A stretch of 64,000 bases of DNA from Candidatus Rariloculus versatilis (GCA_028278665.1 JAQAJI010000002.1:8380-72379); one strand, 5' to 3'; counted from the stretch's first letter, positions 9,664-18,692 are shown. Numbers and translations are program-made. The notes: generated by a model from the letters alone, not told the origin.

Positions 9664-10595
9664 GCGCTCGCGCCTCCCGTGATCGTGCGGAACACCTCGT
9701 CGAGGCGCCCGGACTCCAGGTGCAGCTCCGCGAGTTCCCACCGCCGGCTGTCGGCGAGTTCACCGATCGGCGCGAGCGGCAGCTTTCCGGACGCCGGAAA
9801 CGCCGTGATGCGGCCGGTATTTTCATCGAGCTCGGTGCTCGCAACCTCGGCCAATGACTCGATGGCGTCGCGGGCCGCCGGCAGGAGTTCCGAATCGCCG
9901 AGCTTGACCGTCACGGCATTGTGGAACCGGGACCGGGCCTCGAGCGCCTGCGGTGTATCGTCGGCCAGTATGCGGCCGTGCGCGATGATGATTGCCCGGT
10001 TGCAGACCGCATCCACTTCCTCGAGCATGTGGGTCGAGATCACGATGATCTTGCTGCGCGCCATGCCGCCGATGAGTTGCCGAACCTCGTGTTTCTGGTT
10101 CGGGTCGAGCCCGTCGGTCGGCTCGTCGAGAATCAGCACCTCGGGATCGTGAAGAATCGCCTGCGCCAGCCCGACCCGGCGGCGGAAGCCTTTCGACAGC
10201 GTATCGATGCGCTGAACGAGCACGGATTCCAGGTGCAGCAGACCGATCACTTCGTCCAGGCGCGCTCTGCGCTCGTCACCTCTGAGCCCACGCACATCGG
10301 CGACGAACTCGAGAAAGGCGAGCGGCGTCATTTCCGGATAGCTCGGCGCGCCTTCGGGCAGGTATCCGATCCTGCGCTTGGCCTGGCGGCTCGCGGTTTC
10401 GACGTCGTAGCCGCAGACCGTCGCCGTACCAGCGCTCGCGGGCAGGAATCCCGCGACTATACGCATCGTCGTCGTCTTTCCGGCGCCGTTGGGGCCGAGG
10501 AAGCCGAGCACCTCGCCAGGTTCCACGCTGAAGCTCAGGTTGTCCACGGCCCGGAGCCGACCGTACTGCTTAGTCAGTCCCTTACAGTCGATCAT
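9660..10595 (-). CDS. ABC transporter ATP-binding protein (GldA-like)
   Basis: Walker A GPNGAGKTT, signature LSKGFRRR and Walker B LILDEPTDGLD. It is the first gene of a four-gene cluster. Confidence 0.9.
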   Translation of the reverse strand: MIDCKGLTKQYGRLRAVDNLSFSVEPGEVLGFLGPNGAGKTTTMRIVAGFLPASAGTATVCGYDVETASRQAKRRIGYLPEGAPSYPEMTPLAFLEFVADVRGLRGDERRARLDEVIGLLHLESVLVQRIDTLSKGFRRRVGLAQAILHDPEVLILDEPTDGLDPNQKHEVRQLIGGMARSKIIVISTHMLEEVDAVCNRAIIIAHGRILADDTPQALEARSRFHNAVTVKLGDSELLPAARDAIESLAEVASTELDENTGRITAFPASGKLPLAPIGELADSRRWELAELHLESGRLDEVFRTITGGASA

Positions 10596-10726
10596 TGCAT
10601 TTACCGTCTGAACGGTCGGGCGCTCGGCGGCGCCCGGAGCGGCGGAAGATTTTGCATAGAGGCGGCGGCAGTTTCAAGCCCGGAAAAGCAGTTGCTCTGC
10701 CGGTCGGCCAGCTGCCCGGGGCGCAA

Positions 10727-10749
10727 CCGCGCGCCGCAACGGCGCGCGG
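10727..10749 (-). terminator. GC-rich hairpin downstream of the M16 peptidase gene (weak terminator candidate)
   Basis: CCGCGCGCCG-caa-CGGCGCGCGG, a 10-bp perfect stem 20 nt after the stop at 10770. Only a short U stretch (TTGCG) follows on the minus strand. Confidence 0.35.
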
Positions 10750-10769
10750 CGGGCCCGTGATCCGGGCGG

Positions 10770-13511
10770 CTAGTGCTCGACGACGACGTTACCTTCCGAG
10801 TCGAGGAGCCACACCTCACCGAGACCGAGTGCGCGCACGTCCTCGCCAATGACGGCGAGATCGCCGACGACGATCCAGGTCAGGCGGTCCGGGGCGAGCA
10901 CCTCGTTTGCGGCCGCACGCACATCGGCAGTGTCGAGGCCCGCGACCAGGTTCGCGTAACCATCCCAGTAGTCGTCGGGCAGATCGAAACGCACGAGCTC
11001 GGCGATGGAGCCCGCCACTGCGCCTGCGGTTTCCCAGCGGCCCGGCAGCGTCAGCGTGGCGCGCTTTTTCGAAGTCTCCACCTCCTCTTCGCTCGGCGGC
11101 CGACTGGTCAGGTACTCGTCGATCTCCCGGGCCATTTCGAGCATCGCGGGCGCCGTCTGGTCGGTCTGTACCGGCGCGGAGGCGAGATACGGGCGTTGCG
11201 CCTGCGTGTCGTACAAGGTCGTGCGCGCGCCGTAGGACCAGCCCTTGTCCTCGCGCAGGTTCATGTTGATACGCGACGTGAAATTGCCGCCGAGGATATC
11301 GTTCATCGTATCGAGCGCGATTTCATTGTCGGCCCGCCGCTCGGGGATCAGTTGTCCTGCGACGATGAGGCTTTGCGCCGAGTCCGGCCGGTCGAGCAGG
11401 TACACGCGCGGGCCGCTCGGCAGGTCCACCTCCGGCAGGTTCTTCGCCGGCGTCTCGCCCCGCTCCCAGTCCGCGAAGGCGGCCTCCAGCCGCGGCAGGA
11501 CTTCGTCGAGGGTGATGTCGCCGACAACGATCATCGTCGCGTTGTTCGGCTTGAACCAGGTGGTATGGAAATCGAGGATGTCCTCGCGAGCGATCGCTTC
11601 GACCGAGGCCCGCGTTCCCGATCCGGTCAGCGGCAGGGAATAGGCATGACCCTCGCCGTAAATCAGCTTCGGAAACACGCGGAAGGCCATCGCGTCGGGG
11701 GCCGTCTGCTCCTGCTCGATCGCCGCGATCTGCAGCCGTCGCAGCCGCTCAAGTTCGCTGTCCGGAAACGCGGGGTTCAGTATCACGTCGGCGTAGATTT
11801 CAAGCGACTCATCGAGGTTCTCCCTGAGCGCCGAGAGATTCGCGAAGGAATAGTCGAGATTGGACCCCGTGTTGAGATTCGCACCGAGTCCGGCCAGCGC
11901 ATCGGCGATCTGAAGCGTATCCATGCTGGTCGTACCTTCGTCGAGCATCTCCATGGTGAGCTTCGCCGTGCCGGGGCTCGCGAACTGGTCCGACGCATAG
12001 CCCGCGTTCATCTGCAAGCGGAACTGCACGACGGGCACCGCATCGCGTTCGGCGACGATCACGCGCATGCCGTTGCTGAGCGTCGCGCGCCCGAGTTCCG
12101 GAAACGACGCAGCGGGAAACTCCTCAACGACCGGCAGCGCGCTGCGGTCGGCATTCTCTCCGCTGGTAGCCAGGGCCTGCTCGAACGGCAGAACTTCGAG
12201 TGTGACCGCGTTGCCGCTGATCCAGCGATTGGCCGCCGCGCGCACGTCCTCGGGCGTCGCCGCCTGCAGCACCGACAGCGGCCGCTTGTAGAAATCGGGA
12301 CGGCCCCCGAAGACGGCGTTCTCGGCGAGGATGTTCGACTTGCCGCGGAATCCGCCGACGCGTTCGAGCCCCCGGATCACGAACGCGAAAATCTCGGTCT
12401 TGACCCGCGAGAGTTCCTCGTCGGTCGGACCTTCCGCCAGAAAGCGCGCGAGTTCCTCGTCGAGCGCACGCTCGACCTCACCGATGTCCTGGCCCGGCGC
12501 AACGGTGGCGCTGACAAAGAAGGCGCCGGCGATTTCCGCGGTCCAGGGGGACGCGCTCACGTTGGTCGCGATCTCGTCCTCGTAAACCAGGCGCTGATAG
12601 AGCCGCGAGGTAATGCTGCCGGAGAGCACCTCGCCGGCGAGTTCGAGCAGCGTGCCGTCGTCGTGCGTCCACCCGGGCGCGCGCCAGGTCTTGTAGATGC
12701 GGGCCTGCGGGACGCGGTCCTGCATGGTCACGCGCTTCTCCTGCAGTTCGCCGACGGTCCAGTCGTCGCGCTTCGTCAGCGGCGGCCCGGGCGGGATGTG
12801 GCCGAAATACTGCTGCACCTTCGCCCTCGCGGTGTCCACGTCAATGTCGCCTGCGAGCACGAGCGTTGCGTTGTTCGGGCCGTAATACGTTTCGAACCAC
12901 TGGTTGACGTCGTCGAGCGTCGCGGCGTCGAGGTCCTCCATCGAACCGATGACCGGCCAGGAGTACGGGTGGTCCGGAGGAAACAGGTTCGCGAGGATCT
13001 GCTGGAACGCCATGCCGTAAGGCTGATTCTCGCCCTGCCGCTTCTCGTTCTGGACGACGCCGCGCTGTTCGTCGAGCTTGCCCTGATCGATGGCGCCGAG
13101 CAGGTGGCCCATGCGGTCGGACTCCATCCATAACGCGAGGTCAATCGCCGTGCTCGGCACGGTCTGGAAGTAATTCGTGCGATCGACGCTGGTCGTGCCG
13201 TTCATGCTCGTCGCCCCGACCTCCTGAAACGGCCTGAAGTAGTCGTCGTCGTAGTTCTCCGTGCCATTGAACATCAGATGCTCGAACAGGTGCGCAAAAC
13301 CGGTCTTGCCGGGCTCCTCGTTCTTGGATCCGACGTGGTACCAGATCGTGACGGCGACGATCGGGGCCTTGCGATCTTCGTGGACGATGACCCTGAGGCC
13401 GTTGTCGAGGTAGAACTCGTCGAACGGGATTTCCGGCATCCGCTGGGCACCTGCCGTGGCTGCGGCAAGCACCAGCGCAAGCGAGCAAAGGGCGGCTATC
13501 GATTTCTTCAT
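10770..13511 (-). CDS. secreted M16-family zinc peptidase (tandem pitrilysin/PqqL-like, 913 aa)
   Basis: Signal peptide MKKSIAALCSLALVLAAATAGA and inverted zinc motif HLFEHLMF followed by NGT. The architecture is a two-unit active plus inactive M16 arrangement. Confidence 0.9.
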   Translation of the reverse strand: MKKSIAALCSLALVLAAATAGAQRMPEIPFDEFYLDNGLRVIVHEDRKAPIVAVTIWYHVGSKNEEPGKTGFAHLFEHLMFNGTENYDDDYFRPFQEVGATSMNGTTSVDRTNYFQTVPSTAIDLALWMESDRMGHLLGAIDQGKLDEQRGVVQNEKRQGENQPYGMAFQQILANLFPPDHPYSWPVIGSMEDLDAATLDDVNQWFETYYGPNNATLVLAGDIDVDTARAKVQQYFGHIPPGPPLTKRDDWTVGELQEKRVTMQDRVPQARIYKTWRAPGWTHDDGTLLELAGEVLSGSITSRLYQRLVYEDEIATNVSASPWTAEIAGAFFVSATVAPGQDIGEVERALDEELARFLAEGPTDEELSRVKTEIFAFVIRGLERVGGFRGKSNILAENAVFGGRPDFYKRPLSVLQAATPEDVRAAANRWISGNAVTLEVLPFEQALATSGENADRSALPVVEEFPAASFPELGRATLSNGMRVIVAERDAVPVVQFRLQMNAGYASDQFASPGTAKLTMEMLDEGTTSMDTLQIADALAGLGANLNTGSNLDYSFANLSALRENLDESLEIYADVILNPAFPDSELERLRRLQIAAIEQEQTAPDAMAFRVFPKLIYGEGHAYSLPLTGSGTRASVEAIAREDILDFHTTWFKPNNATMIVVGDITLDEVLPRLEAAFADWERGETPAKNLPEVDLPSGPRVYLLDRPDSAQSLIVAGQLIPERRADNEIALDTMNDILGGNFTSRINMNLREDKGWSYGARTTLYDTQAQRPYLASAPVQTDQTAPAMLEMAREIDEYLTSRPPSEEEVETSKKRATLTLPGRWETAGAVAGSIAELVRFDLPDDYWDGYANLVAGLDTADVRAAANEVLAPDRLTWIVVGDLAVIGEDVRALGLGEVWLLDSEGNVVVEH

Positions 13512-13709
13512 GGCGTGTTCCGATTGTGATTTGTTTGTCGTCTGAGCGACTCCATGACATTGACCGCCCGCATGGGCGGCCGGTTCCTAGAATTGGGCAG
13601 GCCGCACGCTAGAATGGTCCGCGGCTTACCCGGACCGGCTCCGGGCCGGCAAGGCATACGGCGAGTATAAGCGCGCACGAAGGCTGGTGACCATGCGGGG
13701 AGCGCCCAA

Positions 13710-15050
13710 GTGAAGAAACTGTTGTTCGCAAACGGACGTGTGGTCAACGAAGGGCGCATCGACGAGCTCGACGTGCTCGTGGCGGGCGGGCGCATCGAGC
13801 GGCTCGGCACCGGCCCGATCCCTGCCGGCGCCGAGGTCGTCGATCTGGAGGGCCTCCATGTCCTGCCGGGCGTGATCGACGACCAGGTACATTTTCGCGA
13901 GCCCGGCCTGACCCACAAGGCGACGATCGCGAGCGAATCGCTCGCGGCGATCTGCGGCGGCGTGACCAGTTACCTCGACATGCCGAACAATTCGCCGCCT
14001 GCCGTCGAGCGCGCCGGGGTCGCCTCGAAAAAGGCCATCGCCGCCGGGTCGAGTTACGCCCATTACGGTTTCTATCTCGGTGCGACCAACGATAACGCCG
14101 AGGAAATCAGGCGCGCCACACCGTCGGACGCCTGCGGCATCAAGGTGTTCATGGGCGCATCGACGGGCGATATGCTCGTCAACGACGAGGCAGCGCTCAA
14201 CGCCATTTTCGCAGGGGCTGTGCTGCCCGTCGTGACCCACTGCGAGGATACGCCCATGATCCAGGCGGCCGAGCGGCGTGCCCGGGAGCGTTACGGCGAG
14301 GACGTGCCGATGTCCGAGCACCCGCGCATCCGGTCGGCGCAAGCGTGTCTCAAGTCATCATCCCTTGCCGTCGAACTCGCCAGGCGGCATGGCACGCGCT
14401 TGCATGTGCTGCACCTGACGACGGCCCGCGAGCTTGCGCTCTTCAAGGCGGGCCCGATCGCAGACAAGCGCATCTCGGTCGAAGCCTGCGTTCACCACCT
14501 GTGGTTCGACGAGACGAGCTACGCGGACCTCGGCACGCGCATCAAGTGCAACCCGGCGATCAAGACGGAGGCAGACCGGCGCGCGCTCATCGACGCCGTC
14601 AACAACGACATCATCGACATCATTGCGACCGACCACGCTCCGCATACGCTTGCCGAAAAGGCAAACCCCTATTTCTCGGCACCGGCCGGACTACCTCTGG
14701 TGCAGCACCTGCTGCCGATGCTGCTCGACCGATACCGCGAAGGGGTTTTTACGCTTGAGACGATCGTGGAGAAGACGGCGCACAATCCGGCGCGCCTGTT
14801 CGGCATCGAGGGCCGGGGCTTCATCCGGGAGGGCCATGTGGCGGATCTCGCGATCGTCGACCTCGACGCGACGACGCCCGTGGATCGCGCCGGCATCCGC
14901 TACAAGTGCGGCTGGTCGCCGCTCGAGGGCCGCACCTTGCGCGGCGCCGTCGTCATGACAGTGCTTGCAGGGGAGGTGGTGTTCGATCGCGGTCGCGTAG
15001 CCGGACCGCCCCGGGGACAGGCACTGACGTTCAGGCCCGCAATGACATGA
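13710..15050 (+). CDS. pyrC: dihydroorotase-type cyclic amidohydrolase
   Basis: GTG start with a GGGGAG RBS. Motifs: DDQVHFREPG (HxH position reads QxH), GIKVFMG, DHAPH. 446 aa, long-form DHOase/allantoinase-like. Confidence 0.8.
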   Translation: MKKLLFANGRVVNEGRIDELDVLVAGGRIERLGTGPIPAGAEVVDLEGLHVLPGVIDDQVHFREPGLTHKATIASESLAAICGGVTSYLDMPNNSPPAVERAGVASKKAIAAGSSYAHYGFYLGATNDNAEEIRRATPSDACGIKVFMGASTGDMLVNDEAALNAIFAGAVLPVVTHCEDTPMIQAAERRARERYGEDVPMSEHPRIRSAQACLKSSSLAVELARRHGTRLHVLHLTTARELALFKAGPIADKRISVEACVHHLWFDETSYADLGTRIKCNPAIKTEADRRALIDAVNNDIIDIIATDHAPHTLAEKANPYFSAPAGLPLVQHLLPMLLDRYREGVFTLETIVEKTAHNPARLFGIEGRGFIREGHVADLAIVDLDATTPVDRAGIRYKCGWSPLEGRTLRGAVVMTVLAGEVVFDRGRVAGPPRGQALTFRPAMT

Positions 15051-15171
15051 AACCCGAAGCCGGGTGTATATTTGCGTGAAGAAAAAATGGGGGCCAGGCT
15101 GAACGTCCATGTTCTTCGAGTAAAGACGCTGTCCTTGTTCGATACCGGTAAGTAACACCCGGCCCCCAAGT

Positions 15172-15193
15172 CAAAAGGCCTTCCGGCAAGGCC
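15172..15193 (-). terminator. intrinsic terminator candidate for the small ORF 15241..15513
   Basis: The minus strand reads GGCCTT-gccgg-AAGGCC followed by TTTTG, about 50 nt after the stop. Confidence 0.45.
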
Positions 15194-15240
15194 CGCGGCG
15201 GTTCGGCGGGGGGAGACGCCGACCGCCGCATCGAAGGGGC

Positions 15241-15513
15241 TCAGCCCCTGTTCGGCAACTCGAGACTCGCGAGTCGCAGGTGCGGTGCGCGGACCCCTTT
15301 GAGATCCTCACCGAGTGTCTGCCTGAACTCGTGATCGAGGAAACGGATGTAATCCCGCCGTTCGCTACGAAACAGCTCCGGAGTTTGCCGCGCAACGGCC
15401 GCATCCTCTGCACCGTAAGCTACGACCTCTTCAATGGCAGATGCGCTCTGACTGTGAAATCCCAGCACGAGCAGCGCTGTTGCCACAAACCCTGTCAGTT
15501 TCCTTGTTTCCAT
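15241..15513 (-). CDS. small secreted protein (90 aa), unknown function, predicted sigma-54 dependent
   Basis: Signal peptide METRKLTGFVATALLVLGFHSQSASA and an RBS GGGAAGGG. It lies downstream of a TGGCAC-N5-ATGCA promoter and divergent from a sigma-54 activator gene. Confidence 0.6.
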   Translation of the reverse strand: METRKLTGFVATALLVLGFHSQSASAIEEVVAYGAEDAAVARQTPELFRSERRDYIRFLDHEFRQTLGEDLKGVRAPHLRLASLELPNRG

Positions 15514-15584
15514 TGTCGTACCCTTCCCTCAGTTACGAAATTCCGATAACCTTGAAGTCCTGAGAATTCGCTTGCCCCTGATAT

Positions 15585-15601
15585 ATGCATGCTTTGTGCC
15601 A
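15585..15601 (-). promoter_or_regulatory. sigma-54 (-24/-12) promoter
   Basis: The minus strand reads TGGCACaaagcATGCAt, against the consensus TGGCAC-N5-TTGCW (one mismatch at -15). It lies about 70 nt upstream of ATG 15513 in an AT-rich spacer. Confidence 0.65.
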
Positions 15602-15662
15602 ATTTCAAGGGCCTCTGAAATCAAGGAAATAGCCAAAGGTTTGGTCACGGGTTTTCGGGAAG

Positions 15663-15678
15663 TTACGAAATATCGTAA
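15663..15678. promoter_or_regulatory. palindromic candidate operator/UAS
   Basis: TTACGA-aata-TCGTAA, with perfect 6-bp arms, about 60-75 bp upstream of the -24 element. A related copy AGTTACGAAATTCCGATAA occurs at 15531..15549. The 11-mer AGTTACGAAAT is repeated exactly at 15531 and 15661. Confidence 0.35.
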
Positions 15679-15710
15679 ATTAATAACCCGGATATTCGTG
15701 AGTTCTGGAC

Positions 15711-17525
15711 ATGTCGCTCGCTGACCGGTATCAATGGCTGTTCCGCAAGAGCCCCGCGCTCATGGCGTCCCTTGACGCGGACGGTTACTTCCTGGATGCG
15801 AGCGATGCCTGGCTCAATCGCTTCGGCCACACCCGCGACGGGATCCGCAAGCTCCGGCCGCAGGATCTCGGCAACCGCGAATCGGCGAGACTCATCGAAG
15901 AGGAATACCTGCCGCTGCTGCGCCGCACCAGCCGCATCGACAATGTCCCGGTGGAGGTTTTCACGACGAGCGGCGAGCGCGTCGACTGCCTGTCAAGTGC
16001 GATCGTGGAACGCGGCCCCGAAGGCGATTACCTCAGAACCGTGGTGGTCTACTCCGAGGTGGGCCAGGAAGCCCGCCTGGAGCAGCACTATCGGGACCTG
16101 TATCGGGCGACTCCGGCGATGCTGCACACCGTCGACAGCGCCGGACGTGTCGTGCATGTCAGCAACCACTGGCTCAGAAAGCTCGGCTACACGCGCGAAG
16201 ATGTCATCGGCCGCCTGATCACCGAGTTCATGACCGAGGAAACCCGAGCGCGCCTCCAGCGGGAAGGGCTGCCTAGCGTCTTCACGACTCGCGATTTCGA
16301 CAACGAGCCGCGCACGTTCGTCACCAGGTCGGGCGAGATCATCGAAGTTCTCGTGTCGTCGGTGCGCGATCGCAGCGAGGACGGCGAAGTGCTCGCCGTG
16401 CTGGTCGCTTCCAAGGACGTCACCGAGCGCAATGAAGCAGAACGCCGGTTGCGTGCTGCGTTCGAGGAAAACGCGAGGCTGCGCCAGGAGCTCGAGCGCG
16501 AACGCGACTATCTGCGCGAAGAGGTGCAGGTTTCGATGAACTACGGGCGGATCATCGGCGAGAGTTCGGCGCTGAAGAAAATGCTGGCGCGGCTGCAGGC
16601 CGTCGCGCAGACCGCCGCGAGCGTGCTCATCGAAGGTGAATCGGGCGTCGGCAAGGAACTCGTGGCCCATGTGATCCATGCGCACAGCCCGCGCAGCCAG
16701 GGGCCGCTCGTCAAGGTCAACTGTGCATCGATCCCGCACGAGCTCTTCGAGAGCGAATTCTTCGGCCACGTCAAGGGAGCCTTCACGGGCGCGATTCGCG
16801 ATCGGGTCGGCCGATTCCAGCTTGCCGACGGCGGGACGATCTTTCTGGATGAAGTCGGTGAAATCCCGCTTGCCCTGCAGAGCAAGCTGCTGCGCGTGCT
16901 CCAGGAAAGCGAATACGAGCGCGTCGGCGACGAGGCGACCTGCTCGCTCGACGTGAGGGTCATCGCCGCGACGAACCGCGACCTCGAGCAGGCCGTCGAA
17001 CAGGGCAGATTTCGCGAGGACCTCTATTACCGGCTCAGCGTCTTCCCGATTGAGGTACCGCCGCTGCGTGAACGCGGCGACGATGTGATTCAGCTCGCAA
17101 GCCATTTCCTGGAGCGCGCGTGCAAGGACTTCGGCCACCGGCCGCTGACGCTCTCGCGCAAACAGGCGGCGCTCCTTACACGCTATACGTGGCCGGGCAA
17201 CGTCCGCGAACTCAAGAACGTCATCGAAAGGGGCGTGATCCTGTCACAGGGCAAGGTACTCAGGCTCGATCTCGCGATGGCCGACATCCTTGATGGCGAC
17301 AAGGAGCGCACCGCCGCCGACGCCGTCGTTGCGGCCAACCGGGTCATGACCGATACCGAGATCAGGGAGATGGAAAAGCGCAACATGATCGAAGCGCTGA
17401 CGCTCGCGAACTGGAAAGTGTCCGGTCCCGCCGGAGCAGCGGAACTGGTCGGCGTCAGACCGACGACATTCACCGACCGCATGAAGAAGTACGGAATCGC
17501 TCGACCCCGAAGCGCGCCGGCTTGA
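15711..17525 (+). CDS. sigma-54-dependent transcriptional activator with two N-terminal PAS domains (Fis-type HTH)
   Basis: AAA+ core GESGVGKE, GAFTGA motif (HVKGAFTGA), RVIAATN, WPGNVRELKN and a C-terminal HTH (AAELVGVRPTTFTDRMKKYGI). There is no receiver domain. Confidence 0.92.
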   Translation: MSLADRYQWLFRKSPALMASLDADGYFLDASDAWLNRFGHTRDGIRKLRPQDLGNRESARLIEEEYLPLLRRTSRIDNVPVEVFTTSGERVDCLSSAIVERGPEGDYLRTVVVYSEVGQEARLEQHYRDLYRATPAMLHTVDSAGRVVHVSNHWLRKLGYTREDVIGRLITEFMTEETRARLQREGLPSVFTTRDFDNEPRTFVTRSGEIIEVLVSSVRDRSEDGEVLAVLVASKDVTERNEAERRLRAAFEENARLRQELERERDYLREEVQVSMNYGRIIGESSALKKMLARLQAVAQTAASVLIEGESGVGKELVAHVIHAHSPRSQGPLVKVNCASIPHELFESEFFGHVKGAFTGAIRDRVGRFQLADGGTIFLDEVGEIPLALQSKLLRVLQESEYERVGDEATCSLDVRVIAATNRDLEQAVEQGRFREDLYYRLSVFPIEVPPLRERGDDVIQLASHFLERACKDFGHRPLTLSRKQAALLTRYTWPGNVRELKNVIERGVILSQGKVLRLDLAMADILDGDKERTAADAVVAANRVMTDTEIREMEKRNMIEALTLANWKVSGPAGAAELVGVRPTTFTDRMKKYGIARPRSAPA

Positions 17526-17699
17526 ACTCCACGGAGCTGTGCGATCCCCGGACGCGCAAGGACAAGCAATACAAGACGCACAATCGAAGCGTGGACCGAC
17601 GGTTCGTCGATCCACGCAGGCGAGCGGGTCTCGCCCCTTCGGTAGCCGATGGGCCTGTCAGGACGCTGCCCGACGCCGCCCGCGACAGCAGATGTGGAC

Positions 17700-17951
17700 T
17701 TAGCGCCTTTCCCTGGGCCGCGCTTCGTTGATGCGCGCGGGACGACCGTCGAGGTCTTTGCCGTTCAGGTTGGAGATCGCCGCTTCGGCTTCGCTCTGGT
17801 TCGGCATTTCGACGAACCCGAACCCCCGGGACCGACCGGTTTCACGATCCATGAGGATCTTCGCGGAGGTGACTTCACCGAACGCTGCAAATGCGTCACG
17901 AAGCTCCTCTTCGCTCAACCCGTACGATAGGTTTCCGACATAAATATTCAT
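17700..17951 (-). CDS. RRM-type RNA-binding protein
   Basis: RNP-2 IYVGNL and RNP-1 RGFGFVEM. 83 aa with a short basic tail. Confidence 0.9.
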   Translation of the reverse strand: MNIYVGNLSYGLSEEELRDAFAAFGEVTSAKILMDRETGRSRGFGFVEMPNQSEAEAAISNLNGKDLDGRPARINEARPRERR

Positions 17952-17962
17952 TCGAGGCTCTC

Positions 17963-18000
17963 ACGCCGTTGCAAACAGCTAGCAACTCAACTAACGGCGT
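17963..18000 (-). other. hairpin in the presumed 5' leader of the RRM gene
   Basis: ACGCCGTT (17963..17970) pairs with AACGGCGT (17993..18000), an 8-bp stem with a 22-nt loop. It begins 12 nt upstream of the start codon. Confidence 0.4.
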
Positions 18001-18033
18001 CAAATCAAGCGCTAGATCGGGGGGTCGTTTATT

Positions 18034-18065
18034 GACCTTTATCAGCAAGGACCTTTATCAGCAAA
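18034..18065. repeat. two tandem copies of a 16-bp unit upstream of the RRM gene
   Basis: GACCTTTATCAGCAAG followed by GACCTTTATCAGCAAA, identical at 15 of 16 positions and read directly from the sequence. Confidence 0.85.
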
Positions 18066-18175
18066 CGTGGCCTTGAAACCCCGCCCATCCGACAGCACTT
18101 TCCCCCAGCGTCACGGAAACTCTACGGCGGCCCAACGTCTCGGTCAATCCCGATTTCACTCACGGACTCGTGGTT

Positions 18176-18607
18176 TCAGGTCGTTTTGACGAGCATTCCG
18201 CGCCAAACGGCGGCCCAGCACCATCCACAGAGCACCGCCTGAGGCAGCAGCCAGAGGTAGAATCCGATGCCGAAGGCAAGCTCAGGGGCCGCGCCGCCGG
18301 TGCTTTGCGCAAGGCTTGAAGCGGCGAAGCTCGTCAGTGCGAGCACGAGACCGGCGCCGGAGGCGACTCCGGCGGCGCCCGGCCAGCGCAGGACGGCGGC
18401 GAGCAATGCGCCCGCAAACAGCGGGTTCGAGTACCAGGCGAAAACGCCGACGCTCGCGCCTCGCCAACCCTGCACCAGCACGTCAAGTCCGTCGAGTTCG
18501 GGGCCGCCGGCGACGCGGATCGCCGGCAGACCGAGCGATGCGGCCCAGAGCACGGCCAGCACGGCGCAAATGGCCCACCGGGCCGACGCGCGGCTACGGA
18601 AGCTCAC
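18176..18607 (-). CDS. hypothetical integral membrane protein
   Basis: Only the C-terminal 143 aa of track ORF 18176..19051 are protein-like, with about 4 TM spans and Trp/Ala/Leu-rich composition. Start at GTG 18607 with AAGGA upstream. The remainder of the track ORF is Ser/Arg-rich shadow. Confidence 0.5.
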   Translation of the reverse strand: MSFRSRASARWAICAVLAVLWAASLGLPAIRVAGGPELDGLDVLVQGWRGASVGVFAWYSNPLFAGALLAAVLRWPGAAGVASGAGLVLALTSFAASSLAQSTGGAAPELAFGIGFYLWLLPQAVLCGWCWAAVWRGMLVKTT

Positions 18608-18692
18608 GGCTCCATATCCTTGCGAGCCGCCGGACGTGCGCTGACCTCCCCGCCGGCGATGCCGGTACGACCATCGACAGCGCGAGCCCCGG

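Noticed and set aside
10773-13133. Very long track ORFs antisense to well-recognised genes. Examples: 786 aa at 10773..13133(+), 777 aa at 47462..49795(-), 771 aa at 57663..59978(-), 676 aa at 28782..30812(+), 631 aa at 40748..42643(+), 537 aa at 60247..61860(-), 483 aa at 31733..33184(+).
   Set aside because: They lie opposite unmistakable conserved genes (M16 peptidase, yidC/mnmE, atpA/atpG, ntrC/ntrB, gyrB, atpD, glnA). They are Arg/Ala/Gly/Pro/Asp-rich with no recognisable motifs. This is the typical stop-poor antisense frame of high-GC DNA.
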